Numbered from the stretch's first letter, positions 21,171 through 37,900 are shown. The stretch is DNA of 64,000 nt from GCA_000165345.1 CM000436.1:704001-768000; one strand, 5' to 3'. Notes: a model not told the origin generated them from the letters alone. Numbers and translations: made by a program.

Positions 21171-22196
21171 TTAGGTTTGGTTTGCACTAATATTTTCTTT
21201 GATTTCAGTAGATTTTGTGAGTCCTTTGTAGCTTTCAATTAACTTCAAATATTTGTCTTTATCAAGTTTTGCGTCTGAAATAATAGATGAATTATTTCCA
21301 TTAATAACCGTTCCTGCTCTTCTGTATAGTTTATGCATTCTATTTTTATTGATAATTGGTTCAGACTTCTGAGAAATATCTGAGTCAACATCATCTATAT
21401 TGCTATTGTCACTGGAGTCATTTTCAGTTCCATTCATAATTTGTTCACCTCCGATTGCTGATCTTAGGGAAGAATTATCGTTTAGATCGAAGTGATTCAT
21501 TTCTTTATCCGGGCTAGTGTTGCCTTGATAATCTTGAGTCTTTTTAGATGCAGCTAATTCAATAATCTTGTTATTGCTGCTGATATCATGGATCTTTTGC
21601 TCAAAGCTAACTTCAGATTCTATTTGAGATGAACCTTTAAATCCATCATTGACTTTGGACTCACTCTTAACCTTATTTAAATTAAAAAATTCTTCAGTTT
21701 CACTTTCAGAACAATGAAAGTCTGTTTTTTTTTTCAATAACCAATAAATAAAGTCGATTGACTTTTGGATTTTTTTCTTATACTCTATGTTAGGACCAAA
21801 CTTTTTAATATTATTTTCGAAGTTTGAAGTTATAAAAATTTTCAAATTCTCTATTTCTTTATTAATTGAACCTATTTTCTGAAGAAAGTCGACGTCCAAA
21901 GATAAAAACTCATTTATCATTTCTTTAAGCCGATTCAAGTTTAATGGTATGTTCAAGTTGGATGTTTTTATATAAGTTTTAAGTAAATTAATCCTTTTCA
22001 ATAAAATTTGCGAAGGAAATCGATGATAATTTTCTGAATCATCAATAAACTCAGTTCTTTGATATATATAATAGTAACTACCCAAGTTTAGTTTAATAGC
22101 CTCTTCAAATTCCCTATCATTGCTACATTCATCTTTGTGCAATATTATTAAATAATCGTCCTCTTGATAAGTTTTATCATTGTTCGAACAGGACAT
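21171..22196 (-). CDS. hypothetical protein
   Basis: ORF track 21171..22223 (TTG start); first ATG about 27 nt in (MSCSNNDK...); no recognisable domain; convergent with the SET gene at a 46-bp spacing. Confidence 0.5.
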   Translation of the reverse strand: MSCSNNDKTYQEDDYLIILHKDECSNDREFEEAIKLNLGSYYYIYQRTEFIDDSENYHRFPSQILLKRINLLKTYIKTSNLNIPLNLNRLKEMINEFLSLDVDFLQKIGSINKEIENLKIFITSNFENNIKKFGPNIEYKKKIQKSIDFIYWLLKKKTDFHCSESETEEFFNLNKVKSESKVNDGFKGSSQIESEVSFEQKIHDISSNNKIIELAASKKTQDYQGNTSPDKEMNHFDLNDNSSLRSAIGGEQIMNGTENDSSDNSNIDDVDSDISQKSEPIINKNRMHKLYRRAGTVINGNNSSIISDAKLDKDKYLKLIESYKGLTKSTEIKENISANQT

Positions 22197-22520
22197 TTTA
22201 AATCTATTTGTATTACCCCACAATAGATAATTACAGGAAACGTAAAGGGTTTTCTCTAATTTTGTTTGTCGAATCCTTTGATTTTTTTGTTGACCTTTTA
22301 AGTGGATTAAATGGCCTTTTAATTTTAATAGACATATAACTTTACACTAATTCCAGATTTGTCCACATGAAAATTATTGTCAATAATGCCAATAATAAAT
22401 TTACACAAAGAAAAAATAGATAGCTTTTATATATGCACCGAATTAATTCTTTGATGCCTTATTAATCCTTGAAATGATTTCTACTGATTGAAATGGCTTT
22501 TTGTTTCGAGAAAAAAGTGG

Positions 22521-23468
22521 ATGAACGTGATTTTTGAATTAATTAGAAATGGAATAAGGCTAGTTCGACTAAAAGTTGGGTCCTTTTCAAGGGACAATTT
22601 CGAAGAGTTTACGAGAGTTGTTTATGACGAATATTCAGGATTCCATATAGTTGAAGAATTTGATATTGCTGAAAGTGAGTCTTTTTTAATAGTTTCTAAG
22701 GAATGTTTAATACAAAACTGCGAATTTAAATGTTGTTCTTCTAATTCTTCTGAATATGTCAGGGAAATTAAAAGTGGAGCAAATCAAATAAATTTGGATC
22801 CAAATTGTAAAAGCTTATCAAGACAACAACAATTTCTTGATTTTGAATCCACTAAGATAAATGCGCATGAAAGCGGAAGCGCATTAGCATGCATTACCCC
22901 CACAAAAACGAGTAGCATGGATATAAGTAGGAATAGGAGGGATGATTTTTTAATAAACTCAATATTTGAAGATACAAATGAGCCATATTTTTTAAAAGGT
23001 TTAATAAATTCTGAAAAAGAAAAGTTTGAATTAACTAACTTTGTAGATACACCTATTTTATTTCGAGAAGATTGCGTGACTCCGAAGCTCCCAGATTCAA
23101 AATATAGACAAAATTTAAAAAATGATAAAATTTGTTTTACTCCAGATGGCTTTGATTGCCACTTTGACGATAATACAAAACTAAACGATGATTTTAAAAA
23201 GTCTGATATATTACTGCTTCTGAGATTAAAGAGAAAAAAACTGGCTATGCTCGAAAGCCAGTTAAAAAGAGATGTAAAACTATTAAATATAAACGGTTCT
23301 TCTGAAAATGAAAGCAAACCTGATAACCTCAGCTCAATAGAAAAAATGGTGAGGTGCCCTGCTCAGCTTTATTTCATTAAAAGAAGGATTGAAAATATTA
23401 AGGAAAATATTGAAAATACAGAAAGGGATATTGCTATATTAGAAGAAAAGACTTCTGAAACTTACTAG
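22521..23468 (+). CDS. hypothetical protein with coiled-coil-like C-terminus
   Basis: ORF 22488..23468 (TTG); ATG at 22521 (MNVIFELIRNG...); C-terminal heptad-like KLAMLESQLKRDVKLL...IENIKENIENTERDIAILEE. Confidence 0.5.
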   Translation: MNVIFELIRNGIRLVRLKVGSFSRDNFEEFTRVVYDEYSGFHIVEEFDIAESESFLIVSKECLIQNCEFKCCSSNSSEYVREIKSGANQINLDPNCKSLSRQQQFLDFESTKINAHESGSALACITPTKTSSMDISRNRRDDFLINSIFEDTNEPYFLKGLINSEKEKFELTNFVDTPILFREDCVTPKLPDSKYRQNLKNDKICFTPDGFDCHFDDNTKLNDDFKKSDILLLLRLKRKKLAMLESQLKRDVKLLNINGSSENESKPDNLSSIEKMVRCPAQLYFIKRRIENIKENIENTERDIAILEEKTSETY

Positions 23469-23469
23469 G

Positions 23470-24573
23470 TTATTCAGGGCCAAATATGTATGTTAGTATG
23501 CAGTAGGTAACTAATTCTGACTCAAAATTGCGAAAAGTGTACTTATTTTTATTTAAATCAGCTATTACCAGCTTATCGTCAGATAATTCAAGTTCTACTG
23601 ATTTTTTTGTTTTGTTGTTTTGGCAATTAATTTTTATTTTTTCTTTACAGGAGAAGTAAATTATTCCTATTTTACTCCCTGGAATAAAAGATTCTGAATC
23701 TTTTCCTATAATAAACCCGGTATTTGCAGGCTCTATTGATAAAATATAAATAGATTTTGATAAGATATTTAGATTTCTCCCAAGCTTGGCATTCAGCTCG
23801 TTTGGAAGATATTCTATTGCGTTAAAATAAACAAGCATTTCATCTTGAATCTCGTCGCTTTCTAATACAGCATATCTGAAATTTGAACTAAAACTGGATT
23901 TTGAAACTGAATTATTGGTCAATAAACCTTGATAATCCATCTTAATTAAAGCTTTGTTAATTTTATTTCTCATCTCTTCACCGAACCAAGTCGATTTCAT
24001 AGTTATTCCAAATTCATTAAGTTCATATAACATTTGATTGTCAATGATATTCACTATATCTTTAATTATATATGGAGATGCCCACCTAGAAATATCGCAA
24101 GTTTTAGAGCTGTAATTGTTTTTCACTTCATCCATAATTTTATCAACACAGTAGTAAATAATTGATTCTGAAAATACCGTAATCATCAGGTTGTACTCCG
24201 AAATATCTAATTCATTCTCTTTGTAAATATTATTCGATTTTCCAGTACATATTTCCTTGAGAGAATTGTATGCAAGAAATGCCTTTTTGATTATCATAGG
24301 TAATAACATATAAATAAAGTTTTTTTTCAAATATTTATCGATCAAGTTCCCAATTTTGTCTTCTTTTGATCTACTAAAATTTTTTATCCCAATAAAGCCT
24401 TCAATCTTTGAATTACAACTTGAATCTTGATGGTAGGAGCTGCATCTTGTCCCCGTCCTTTTTTGAACTCTCTCCATTATTTTATTTCGGGTTTCACAAC
24501 CGTTAAGCAATTTAACAACCAATTGGAATATCTTCTCAGTTTCCTCATCACTCCATACCATTAATTTATCCAT
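23470..24573 (-). CDS. hypothetical protein with possible N-terminal SANT/Myb-like helix
   Basis: ATG at 24573. N-terminus MDKLMVWSDEETEKIFQLVVKLLNG...RTGTRC loosely fits the W-x-x-EE...RT..QC pattern of SANT/Myb repeats (weak). Stop is 1 nt from the stop of the convergent 22521..23468 gene. Confidence 0.5.
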   Translation of the reverse strand: MDKLMVWSDEETEKIFQLVVKLLNGCETRNKIMERVQKRTGTRCSSYHQDSSCNSKIEGFIGIKNFSRSKEDKIGNLIDKYLKKNFIYMLLPMIIKKAFLAYNSLKEICTGKSNNIYKENELDISEYNLMITVFSESIIYYCVDKIMDEVKNNYSSKTCDISRWASPYIIKDIVNIIDNQMLYELNEFGITMKSTWFGEEMRNKINKALIKMDYQGLLTNNSVSKSSFSSNFRYAVLESDEIQDEMLVYFNAIEYLPNELNAKLGRNLNILSKSIYILSIEPANTGFIIGKDSESFIPGSKIGIIYFSCKEKIKINCQNNKTKKSVELELSDDKLVIADLNKNKYTFRNFESELVTYCILTYIFGPE

Positions 24574-24687
24574 GATTTTTAACTTAAATAAAATATGTTA
24601 GCATGTGCGAATGTAAGGAAAAATTTGTTAAATTATATTTCAAGACTTCGAATATTAAAAATTTCCCTCATAAGCGCCTGTATTGTT

Positions 24688-24696
24688 TGCATGCGG
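24688..24696. promoter_or_regulatory. TGCATGC box (with nearby AGCGCC) in the divergent promoter 24574..24869
   Basis: TTGCATGCG and AAGCGCC within the 300-bp spacer. Confidence 0.3.
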
Positions 24697-24869
24697 ACTG
24701 ATTTTTCAACTATATTACATGTAAAATTGAAAATTGTTACTAAGAACCTCATTCATGGGATTTCTAAATAAAAAAAGACTTAAAGAAACAAGCGAAAATG
24801 AGTAAGTAAATTATTTGGATAATTAGTGATTATTATTACTCGTACAGAAAAAGAGGCATTTGTAATAAT

Positions 24870-25049
24870 ATGACTCATATTAAGTCAAAAATAACAGGAA
24901 TGATAATTGAAACTAGTAATCAGGCAGGAAACAACTCACCAATGTCTCTAGAAGATCCAGATGAACCATCTCCTTCACCAATAAATCCAATTACTCTTAA
25001 GCACACTCTTAGACTTGCTTCAAGAGTAAGTATTTCGAATAATGCTAAG
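24870..25049 (+). CDS. hypothetical basic/acidic low-complexity protein, exon 1 of 2
   Basis: ATG at 24870. In-frame donor AAG|GTAAGT at 25050 (an alternative in-frame donor AGA|GTAAGT lies at 25026); both are phase 0. Confidence 0.45.
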
Positions 25050-25110
25050 GTAAGTCAAAAAAATTTAGTTGACGCGTTTATTTTAATTATTAAAATGATA
25101 AAACTTTTAG

Positions 25111-25785
25111 ATTGAAGAAAAATATTTTGAAGAATATCCTAATTCATCTTTGCTTACAGAACTTGGCGAGACTTTGAAGGCGATTTCAGTCAATGATTTT
25201 TCATTTTCTCCATCTCCAACAAAGTTATCTAAACTACCAGAAGATACAGAAGCTAAATTTATAAAGTCAATATTACCTAAAAGTAATTATAGAGAAAAGG
25301 TAAAGAAGTCTCAAAAGTTGTGCAAAAAAAATAATAGAAGGTCAAAGCTTGAGGAGGAAAAAACAAAGAAACATATCAGAAAAGATTCGCTAAATGAAAA
25401 CATTGAATGTTGCGAAATATTTGATTTAAATGTTCAAGAAACTGCTGGCGAAGTTGAAATCCAAAGTTATGAGAGTATATTGGGTCAAACTATAAATAAA
25501 TCTCAGTCTACCGATGGAAAAGAAACAAATGATTCAGAAATTAAAAAATCCACTCCATTATCATTCGGGAGTAATGAATCATTCAGATATTCGAGATGGA
25601 TAAAAAAAAATAGTATTAAAAATTTCATTAGTAGGTATATACCAAGGTTCTTGATTCCTGCATTTAAGGCAATCGAAAATTTAAGGATAAAATTTGCAAT
25701 TCCAACAAAAATAGTAGAATATCGACGAGAAGTAGGGCAAAAAAAAGAAAAAGTAAAAAAGAAAATAAAGCTCAAGAGGAAATAA
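25111..25785 (+). CDS. same gene, exon 2 (after a 61- or 85-nt intron)
   Basis: Acceptor CTTTTAG|ATT at 25110/25111 follows an in-frame TAG. Frame runs open from 25111 (IEEKYFEEYPNSS...) into track ORF 25150..25785, whose annotated start is a TTG. Lys-rich C-terminus KKEKVKKKIKLKRK. Confidence 0.45.
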   Translation: MEEKYFEEYPNSSLLTELGETLKAISVNDFSFSPSPTKLSKLPEDTEAKFIKSILPKSNYREKVKKSQKLCKKNNRRSKLEEEKTKKHIRKDSLNENIECCEIFDLNVQETAGEVEIQSYESILGQTINKSQSTDGKETNDSEIKKSTPLSFGSNESFRYSRWIKKNSIKNFISRYIPRFLIPAFKAIENLRIKFAIPTKIVEYRREVGQKKEKVKKKIKLKRK

Positions 25786-25920
25786 TTTAGGACAAGAACC
25801 CGCCTATAGTTGGAAATCGAAGTCCTTAATAACTGATAATTAGAATAGAAGAGGCTGAAACTATTACATAGTTTGCTGATAGCAAAGAATTCCAACTATT
25901 TAGTTTATCCAGCTTTATGT

Positions 25921-29847
<3,927 letters not shown>

Positions 29848-29947
29848 ATTCACTCACTAGTTAATACCTTTGGTTTTTAGAGAGTCTTTAAGTGCTTTTT
29901 TAATTTTAATATTTTCTTATGTTACTCAGACTAGTAAAATAAACATT

Positions 29948-29954
29948 GCGCGAA
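29948..29954. promoter_or_regulatory. GCGCGAA (E2F-like) box about 100 bp upstream of the small TM-protein gene
   Basis: TTGCGCGAATTTTTTT in the AT-rich spacer. Confidence 0.3.
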
Positions 29955-30053
29955 TTTTTTTGTTTTCTGTAACTAATGAGGGCCAAAAGCACTGGAGGCT
30001 GAATATAACAAAAGAGTTTAAGATAAAGTAAAAAAATAGAGTGGGTTCAAGTA

Positions 30054-30411
30054 ATGTACCTGGATAAGAAAATACTATATTGGTGTACAATTCCCGTTAC
30101 CATATTAGTTTTTTGTGGAGTTATTTTAAGAACAATTCTTCAAACATCCTCGCAAAAAAAGAAAAAGAAAAGGTTGCCTTTTAAGAATGAGAAAAATTTG
30201 AATGATTGCTTGATGTCCACTCAACGCGTGTCTTTGAGAAATCAAGAGTTCCAAAATCACCTCAATAGGAGTGCATTAATAAGGTCTAGAAGATTTTTAA
30301 TTCCAGAAGATTCATTTTTGAAAAGAAAGCTGTTTTATTGTGAACTAGAGAGTGGATATTTTCATAACTCTCCAGAATCTCCAAGCCCATTGGCTGCACT
30401 CTCAAACCCAG
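30054..30411 (+). CDS. small multi-pass membrane protein, exon 1
   Basis: ATG at 30054. Hydrophobic ILYWCTIPVTILVFCGVIL then basic linker. Donor CCAG|GTATGT at 30412 (phase 1). Confidence 0.45.
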
Positions 30412-30480
30412 GTATGTTTACGTGCTTAATTCTTATGACTTCATAATTTTTCAACAATTTAGACCACTCTGCACTTACAG

Positions 30481-30791
30481 ATATGATGAAAAACCAATTT
30501 GGGTTTCTGATTTTGAATGGAGGGATGGGATACTTAGTCAACACATTATTTTCGGGATTTCTAGTTGTTTATATTCCTTTCCCACTTTCTTATTCATTTA
30601 AGGGAATGCTTCAAAGAGGAATAGAATCAAATCCAAATATAAGCGCCTCATTTTTGTCAGCTCTATCATTTTATTTCATTGCATTACTCTGTTGTGGAGA
30701 GGTTGTTCATCTTTTCCTTTCTATTATTGGGTTTGAAGGAGTTTCAGGTCCGCAAATTGATCTACCAATGATGAATCAGCAAGGTAAGTAA
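30481..30791 (+). CDS. same gene, exon 2 (after a 69-nt intron 30412..30480)
   Basis: Acceptor CACTTACAG|AT. G+AT completes codon GAT and joins track ORF 30483..30791 in frame (hydrophobic ...FLILNGGMGYLVNTLFSGFLVVYIPF... SFYFIALLCCGEVVHLFLSIIGF). The stop TAA is embedded in CAAG|GTAAGT, so a further downstream exon is possible. Confidence 0.4.
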
Positions 30792-31176
30792 ATCATAAAA
30801 TTTTCTTAAAAAAAAAAATTTGCCGTAGTTTCTCCTCTGGGGAATCAAACAGATTACTCTAAGCTCTTTAAAGAAGAGGTAGAGTCATTACAGATTACTG
30901 TAAGTTTTTGATAGATAATTGCAAGGCATTTTAACTTAAATTTACCTACAGCCAATAGAATGCGCGCTAGACCAAATGGAAGAGATGGCAATAAAACTGC
31001 TAGAAATTTGAGTTAACGTGTACACGGATTGAATTGCTCTATTTTTCGTGTGCTAGTTAACGAATTTTTTAATTGCTATAAAATACTAACCTATTTCTGT
31101 TTTAACCCCGTTGAATTTTAAAAGCTTCCAAATAACTTTTGAATTGGTGTTTTTTGGATTCAATTGCATGTATAAT

Positions 31177-31183
31177 GGCGCCC
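31177..31183. promoter_or_regulatory. GGCGCC box (plus TTGCATG at 31164) about 720 bp upstream of the giant gene
   Basis: TGGCGCCCCCC is a GC island in AT-rich sequence. Confidence 0.3.
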
Positions 31184-31901
31184 CCCAAAACTAATAATTC
31201 CCAATTGCTAACTAAAATTTTAAAAAATGATTTAGTATTTATATATTTAAATGCATAGCTTACGATATATCTAATTTCTTTCTGCATTTTTCACGGCCCT
31301 ATAGCTATTAGAAATTTGAATTTATTTGAATGTGCCAGTAACAAGGAATTAGTAGAACACTATAAAGATGTAAGGGCTTAGACATGTAATGCACGCAGTT
31401 CTTGTCTTGTCTAACTTAACCACACTTTTTATCGAATAAATTGATAAATAATACCCCATTAACGCCATATCGTGGGATAGTTGGAATATTCCATTTAATT
31501 TGAATTTTTGTTCGTTTTATTCATATTAAAACATATTTTGAGGAGATACAATTTACGCTATTCGAGATTGTACACTTTTTAAAGTGAATTGCCAGATTCT
31601 TACTACATTGAATATTTCTGGATAATTCCGGTGAAAAAGTCTAACAACTTATTTTTCAGAAAGCAGTACATATTCTCTAAACTATTAATAACTTTAATAG
31701 CTTTAAACAATTTTCATCTATTGCTTTTGGCGAATCTTGAAATTTGAATAATTTCTAGATCTAAGAGTTTTGCAGTTTGATATAAAGCGTTCGTTATTAA
31801 TCCAATAAAAATTTCAATTTCTGGTAAACTTGAATATTGTATAAGCTAATATTTATATACAAACTTAAAAATAAAAAAAAATATATTTAAAGCTATTAAC
31901 T

Positions 31902-34900
31902 ATGAGCGACAATTTACAATCAGAAAAAATTAATCAAGACTCCAGCCCGAGAGAGTCTAAATTTACCGAAATAAAAATCAATTCTGGTGAAAACCCAGTA
32001 CAAATTAAAAAGGACTGGCTCCTTGAATACAGAAATGGGTTGAGCTCCGAAGAAATGCAGCAGAGACAGATTGAAGGTAAATCATATACTATGCCATTAC
32101 TTAAGGCAATGCTCTTGAGTCACTACAACCGCACAGCATGGAATAATGCCGAAAGCCAGGTTAAGTATTCAAATATTAAAAATGGCCAAACTACTGATGA
32201 ACTCAGAGAAATTTCTCAAAGATTAATGGTAGATGAAGATAACAGTGCGAGAGTTCTTTTAGAGAGGAAGTACTGTATGAAGAAGGTTGGACTGTTAGGA
32301 AAATTTTCACCGCGCTGGTTCATTTTCAAGGGTACGAATTTGGCTGTTTTCCATTCAGCTCATGAGGAAACCCAACCAAAATTCTACAGCTTAGTTGGTG
32401 CAGCATATGAAGTTGAAGATAGAGATTCTTCTCCAAACAAAACATTATGGGCAACCCCAATAGAAATTATTTCTGAAGATGGAAATATTGTGCATAGTGA
32501 TGCAAAGTACAGGCTCTCTGTAGTTACAAAAGAGCCAAAAGTAAGACACTTTTGCTTGTACAGTAATAAGAAAGAGGAAATTGCAGATTGGGTAAAAGTT
32601 TTCCATGTTGCCAATTTAAATTTGGATCCAAGCCAAGCAGCATTGATTTCTAATGTAATTACTAGAATTGCTCAGAGAGATGTCCCTTCGGCATGGGAAG
32701 CATTAGTTTATGAGGCAGAGAACAGGGCGCATAGAGAAACAATGTTAAGGTGTTTTGTTAATAGACTTAGATACCTCAAGGCCACAAGAGTCCTCAATAA
32801 GTGGCAAACTATCTATAAGGTACAAAACAAAGATTCCAATGAGGGGTTAAAGTTGTTAGGTAGGGAGGTTATGCTAGGTAGACTTTATCGCCGCGACAAA
32901 TTGTTAGTTAGAACTAGCCAACAAAGAGAAGCAATTATTGAGCTTATCCAAGAAGGATATAGAAGAGAAAAGAGCAAAAGCCAGGCTCAAATGAAAGCTT
33001 CTACTGAGAGCATTGAAACTACTGATAGCGACGCAGCTGCCATTGCTGCTACTTCTGAAGGAGCACAAATTAAGCAGGGTCAACAAGGGCGTGATTTTCC
33101 AACTGTTTTTTACGTCAACCCATCAATAGAGAAGTACCATTCCAAAATTTTGGATAGTAAGGAACAATCAATTAAATCAAAATACTCTAAGCATACAATT
33201 ATTCCTACATACCAGGAGGATGCAAATGTTAGGATTTCGAGTGATTTAAGCAGGGTTATTTGGGCCCCAAAAAAGTGGGAATCTGTTGGAAATAAGAATA
33301 TGTTTATCGATGTAGATTCAATATCATCGATTATTGTTAATGCATCAAAGCCCTCATATGCATCAAAGGGACTATACTCTGCTCCTAGTATAGTTAGCGA
33401 ATATGATATCGCTGAATGCGTTGATGAGTATGTATACAGTATGACTGATTCTTGCTTCTCTCATATTGCAGATAAGGAGAAAAGAGAGAGAGACCCACAA
33501 AATAGAATCACTACTGGTAACTGGTTGGCTATTTGCGGTCCAAGATTAGGATTTAAACCAGCATATTCACCAGATTTCCTGATCCGTGATACGCCTGTAG
33601 TTGTTATGAAAGTTAATATCAACATTAAATCTATCAGTTTAAATGAGAGGTTCTCTCGTCTTTATACAGAATATTATCAATATTATGCTGATGAATTGCA
33701 AGAAATGACTCCTTATGAGAAGACAACCACAATGGCAGCCTTAACTTATGGTGATAACTCTCAAACCACCAAATTGAACACCATCAAATCTTTGGTTTCA
33801 AACGTCCAAACAAATGAAGAAATAGTACGTGATTACGGCACAATGACAAGTAGCATCTCTAGCATTAGGAGACTATTTACAGCAGCATCAAACATTGATA
33901 ACGAAACAATTGAAAATAATCTTAAGGAATCAGGATCTTCAAACTTTGAAAATCAAATTAAACCATCAAACTCTACAGTTGCATCGATAAGAAACCTTTT
34001 CACAAAAAATATTTCAAATGTCAAAGATTTTAATTCTCCAAGATCATCACCAGTAAGATCTCAGACGAAATCTGCAACTGTTACAGGCACAAAACCCGCA
34101 AGGCAAATTGATGGATTAGTGCTCCCTCCAGAACTAAGTGTTATTGATCCATTTAAAACAGTCCAGGTTGAAAGAAACCTAGAGATAAGGGATAGCACAG
34201 TTCAAACATATCTAAGAATTACAGCCTTTCATCAATCTTATACATCTGCTCATGCTGTAGGCGTTAATCCAACATATGACTTGAATTTTTGCGTTGATGT
34301 CCCATTGATGACATCAAATGCTTCAAAAGAGATGATTAATGAGGCAAGAATCAAAGCTATGGAAGATGCTATTTGTACAGTCGACCTTTGGGTTAAGTCG
34401 CCAATTGATTGTGTTCCGGATGAACTTATTGCATCTATTGATATTCCTCTAAAGGAATTGAGCAACAGTGATAGACTTTCCAGACAAAGATCTCAGTTTA
34501 TTGCTGCTGATTCATTCATTCTTAAGCAACCAGTTCCTGATTTAAAATCTAGTGTTAGTGGCAATTCAAGAGCAATTCAAATACTTAAATATTTGGGTCT
34601 TCTAGATCCAAGTAGCGAAAATTTGGAAGATTTACCACTTGGTCAATTGGATATTTCTGCTGATTCAGTCATTGAGACATCAATTATGGGAGAAAACCCT
34701 ATTTCACCTGAAACTATTTGTTTAGGTGGTCTTCAGGGTCTTTCTTCTTATTCAATTGATCAGTCTACAAATCAAAATATCAGACAAAAGAATGGAGATT
34801 GTGTTGAATTATATATTGGGCAAGTAAAACTTGATCCAAATTGGACTCCAGGTCTGTACTTTGTTGAAGTTATTATGGGAGATGTTAGTTGTATGACTCA

Positions 34901-37900
34901 CTTAGTTCAAACAAGATACGATTCAATTTCTGCTGATTTCCGTTCTCATCTGTATATTCCAAGATATGATAATCAACTTGGAGTTGATCCAAAGTGCTTA
35001 CAAATATTGATAAGACGTGCATTGGGAACTGAAGATAGATGTTCCTCATTGGCTAGGTTACTCCAAGATTCTGTTATAATGGGTGAGTTAATTGTAGACG
35101 TCACAAAGTTAACGATGAATGAACCACACAGTAGCAATGGACTTTATGCTGTCTTCAAACCAACTACATCTGCACTCTATGGAAGTAGAGGTTTGGATTA
35201 TGCTTTAGAAATAGCCCAGTTGGGGCCAAAATCTGATGAGTTGCAAGAAGCAAAACAACACATCATGTTAGATGTTCAAATTAGAATGATGATCACATTG
35301 AGAAGAAAAACAGACGTAACATTAAAAAAAGTAATTGATCAATCAGATGACTTTAAATTAGTGGGTGATACTGCGCTACTAGTTGTAGAAGAAGAGCTGA
35401 AATATCCAATTTCGCAAAAAGAATTCCATGTAAAATGCTGCCCTGGTAATTTTGATACATTAAAAGCTGGAACTCTTGGATTGCCATTAAGATCAGTTGG
35501 AAACTATATAGAATACGAAATTGGAGGGTTCCAAGAAAATTCAGATCAACAAATCAACGATTTGAATACTCTAAACAAATTCGAGAACGATAGCATTTTA
35601 AACGAAGAATTAGAAGCTATTGATGCTCAGCCAGTTCCGTTATATGCGAGCGATCCAGTACCTGCTCAATTCTATCTCCCGGAAGATCCACGCACATTTA
35701 GAAGCCGTAAGTTACCAGGTATTTGGCATCGAATATTGGCTGATGGATTTAGACCAGGGGAACGCGTAACGAGACTTACACATCGTGTTAGATATGTTCC
35801 AGTTACTATTATTGCAATATATAAAAACAGGACTGCTTTGTGCAGATGGGCAGAAAATGTTTCTATAAATCCAACAGAATTTCCTGAAGGCTGTGTATTC
35901 ATCCCAGAACAAAGATTAGTCATGGGCGTTCCGCTTTCATTTCTTTCAACCCCACATAAAGCTGGTATTCATGTATATGATTCGACTATCACTAGACTAC
36001 CGGATAACAGTATAACATTGTTAAGTGATATAACGAACTATGGTGGATACATGCCATTGAGCGTTAACCCAATATTCTGTGAATATGAATGGGTACTCTG
36101 GATTAAGGCAGAGACCCCTCAACAAATGACTTTATGGGCAACAATTATTAGGAATACTGTAAGAGAAAGAGCATTTAGACGTGTTAGGGCATATGAAAGA
36201 ACCAGAGATATAATGAATAATGAAGAAGAGGTTGAAAATAATGATTGTAAAGCTTCTACTTCCATGATCTCAAGAAATTCGAATGGTCAATCATACTTAG
36301 AAAAACGATATGACAGTGGAGAATTAGAAGTTGTAGTACATAGCTCAAAGATTTTGTGTAAAAGTAATCAATCATTAAACTTTTATTCAGTTTTCCAATG
36401 GGCAAGAATACCAAAACAATTATACGAAATGATTGAAAATGAAGGAAATTATGATGTTAAGAGTAGTATTCGCCAAGCAATAAAAAGAATTATTGAGGAA
36501 AGTATTCTTGGATTTAATATGAAAAATAGAAGTTCAGTTACCGACCAATTGACTCCTCAAGAATTGAGGCCTGCACCAATAGATATGAGTACTGCAAAAC
36601 TGCATGCAAGCTATATTCCATTTAGTCTTTCAACTCAAATAAAAGAGAATAATTTGTACTCTGTTGATAGGATAAAAGATGAATTCTTAATTTTGGTTAC
36701 AAAAATAACATTCAGTTCTTATTACCTTTCAAATCTATGCAAAAATGTTTTACCAGATGAAACTTCTCCATATGTAAAGAATTCGAAGGAAGCCAAATTA
36801 TTGGATAAGATTAGCGGCGAATTGGTTGGCGTAGTTCCTGACAAACTAGACAAAAATAAGTTGACAAATGAAGTTTATAATACATATAGATGTAGGTTTT
36901 ATAATAACAAAGATACGTGCGAACAGGGAGGAAGTGTATTCAGTACAACTCATATTGATACAAGTGATGAAGTTCCACTTTTAATTATTAAACTATTCCA
37001 AGAGTCAAATGATGGTTTGGATACATTTATTGGCCATGTAATATTGAATACTGTTGATTACCTGACTCCAGAAAATCCATTCCAAATTAAATACAAAAAA
37101 ATCAATCCAAGATATACTTATATTGTTTCTGCTTCAGGTACCGGTGGTAAGATGTATAGTTTTGATACAGTTCCTGATGCATTAAACTTTGTAATGTCCC
37201 AAAATAAAGAAATAACTGTTGAAGAATTTTATAGGGCATTATATGGAGAAACAAATCAAGCAAGAAGAATTCATGGTCCATGGAGAGTCAGAGTGCAAGA
37301 AAATATTGAATACCATGGTGACGTTTGTTTAATGGTTAGATATGGCCCCACTGATATTCGGCTATTGACAGAATTCCAACCCACTGCTAATGATTATAAG
37401 GAACATATCTTAGATTATCATAGAAAGCAATTTGATGACAGTGGTATTCCATATATTCATACAGTTTATGATCCCAATACACCATTTGCAGTTAAGATAG
37501 CAAGAATATTCGGGAACAAGTTTGGTCAATTGAATGGAAATGTTTTTGATTTGTTAAAGAAATATTCAGATGACACGAAAATGCTTAAATTGATACAAAT
37601 GTATTTATTAAGACCAGCTGAACAATGGGTTTACGAGAGAAGTCTTTATGAACAAATGTTATTCTTAGAACCATTGACAGATTTAATCGAAAAGCAGAAT
37701 ATGACAAGATGGAAATATTTATTAGCAGATTCTAATAATAGAGGTTTACAACAATGGGAACAACTATACCGTCAAGGTTTATTATTGCATAAAGTTGATG
37801 AATTATCATATGATAGTTGGTCTATATTAGTAAATGCTAATGTTCGTGACCGTTTGCCATCGATTTTACTTGAATTATGGAATGGAGAAGAATATTTAGG

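Noticed and set aside
30840-30900. GCCGTAGTTTCTCCTCTGGGGAATC... segment, considered as a possible tRNA or snRNA
   Set aside because: No canonical tRNA arms or U6/U2-type conserved boxes (e.g. ACAGAGA, AGATTAGC) were found; more likely intron/UTR sequence of the small TM-protein gene.
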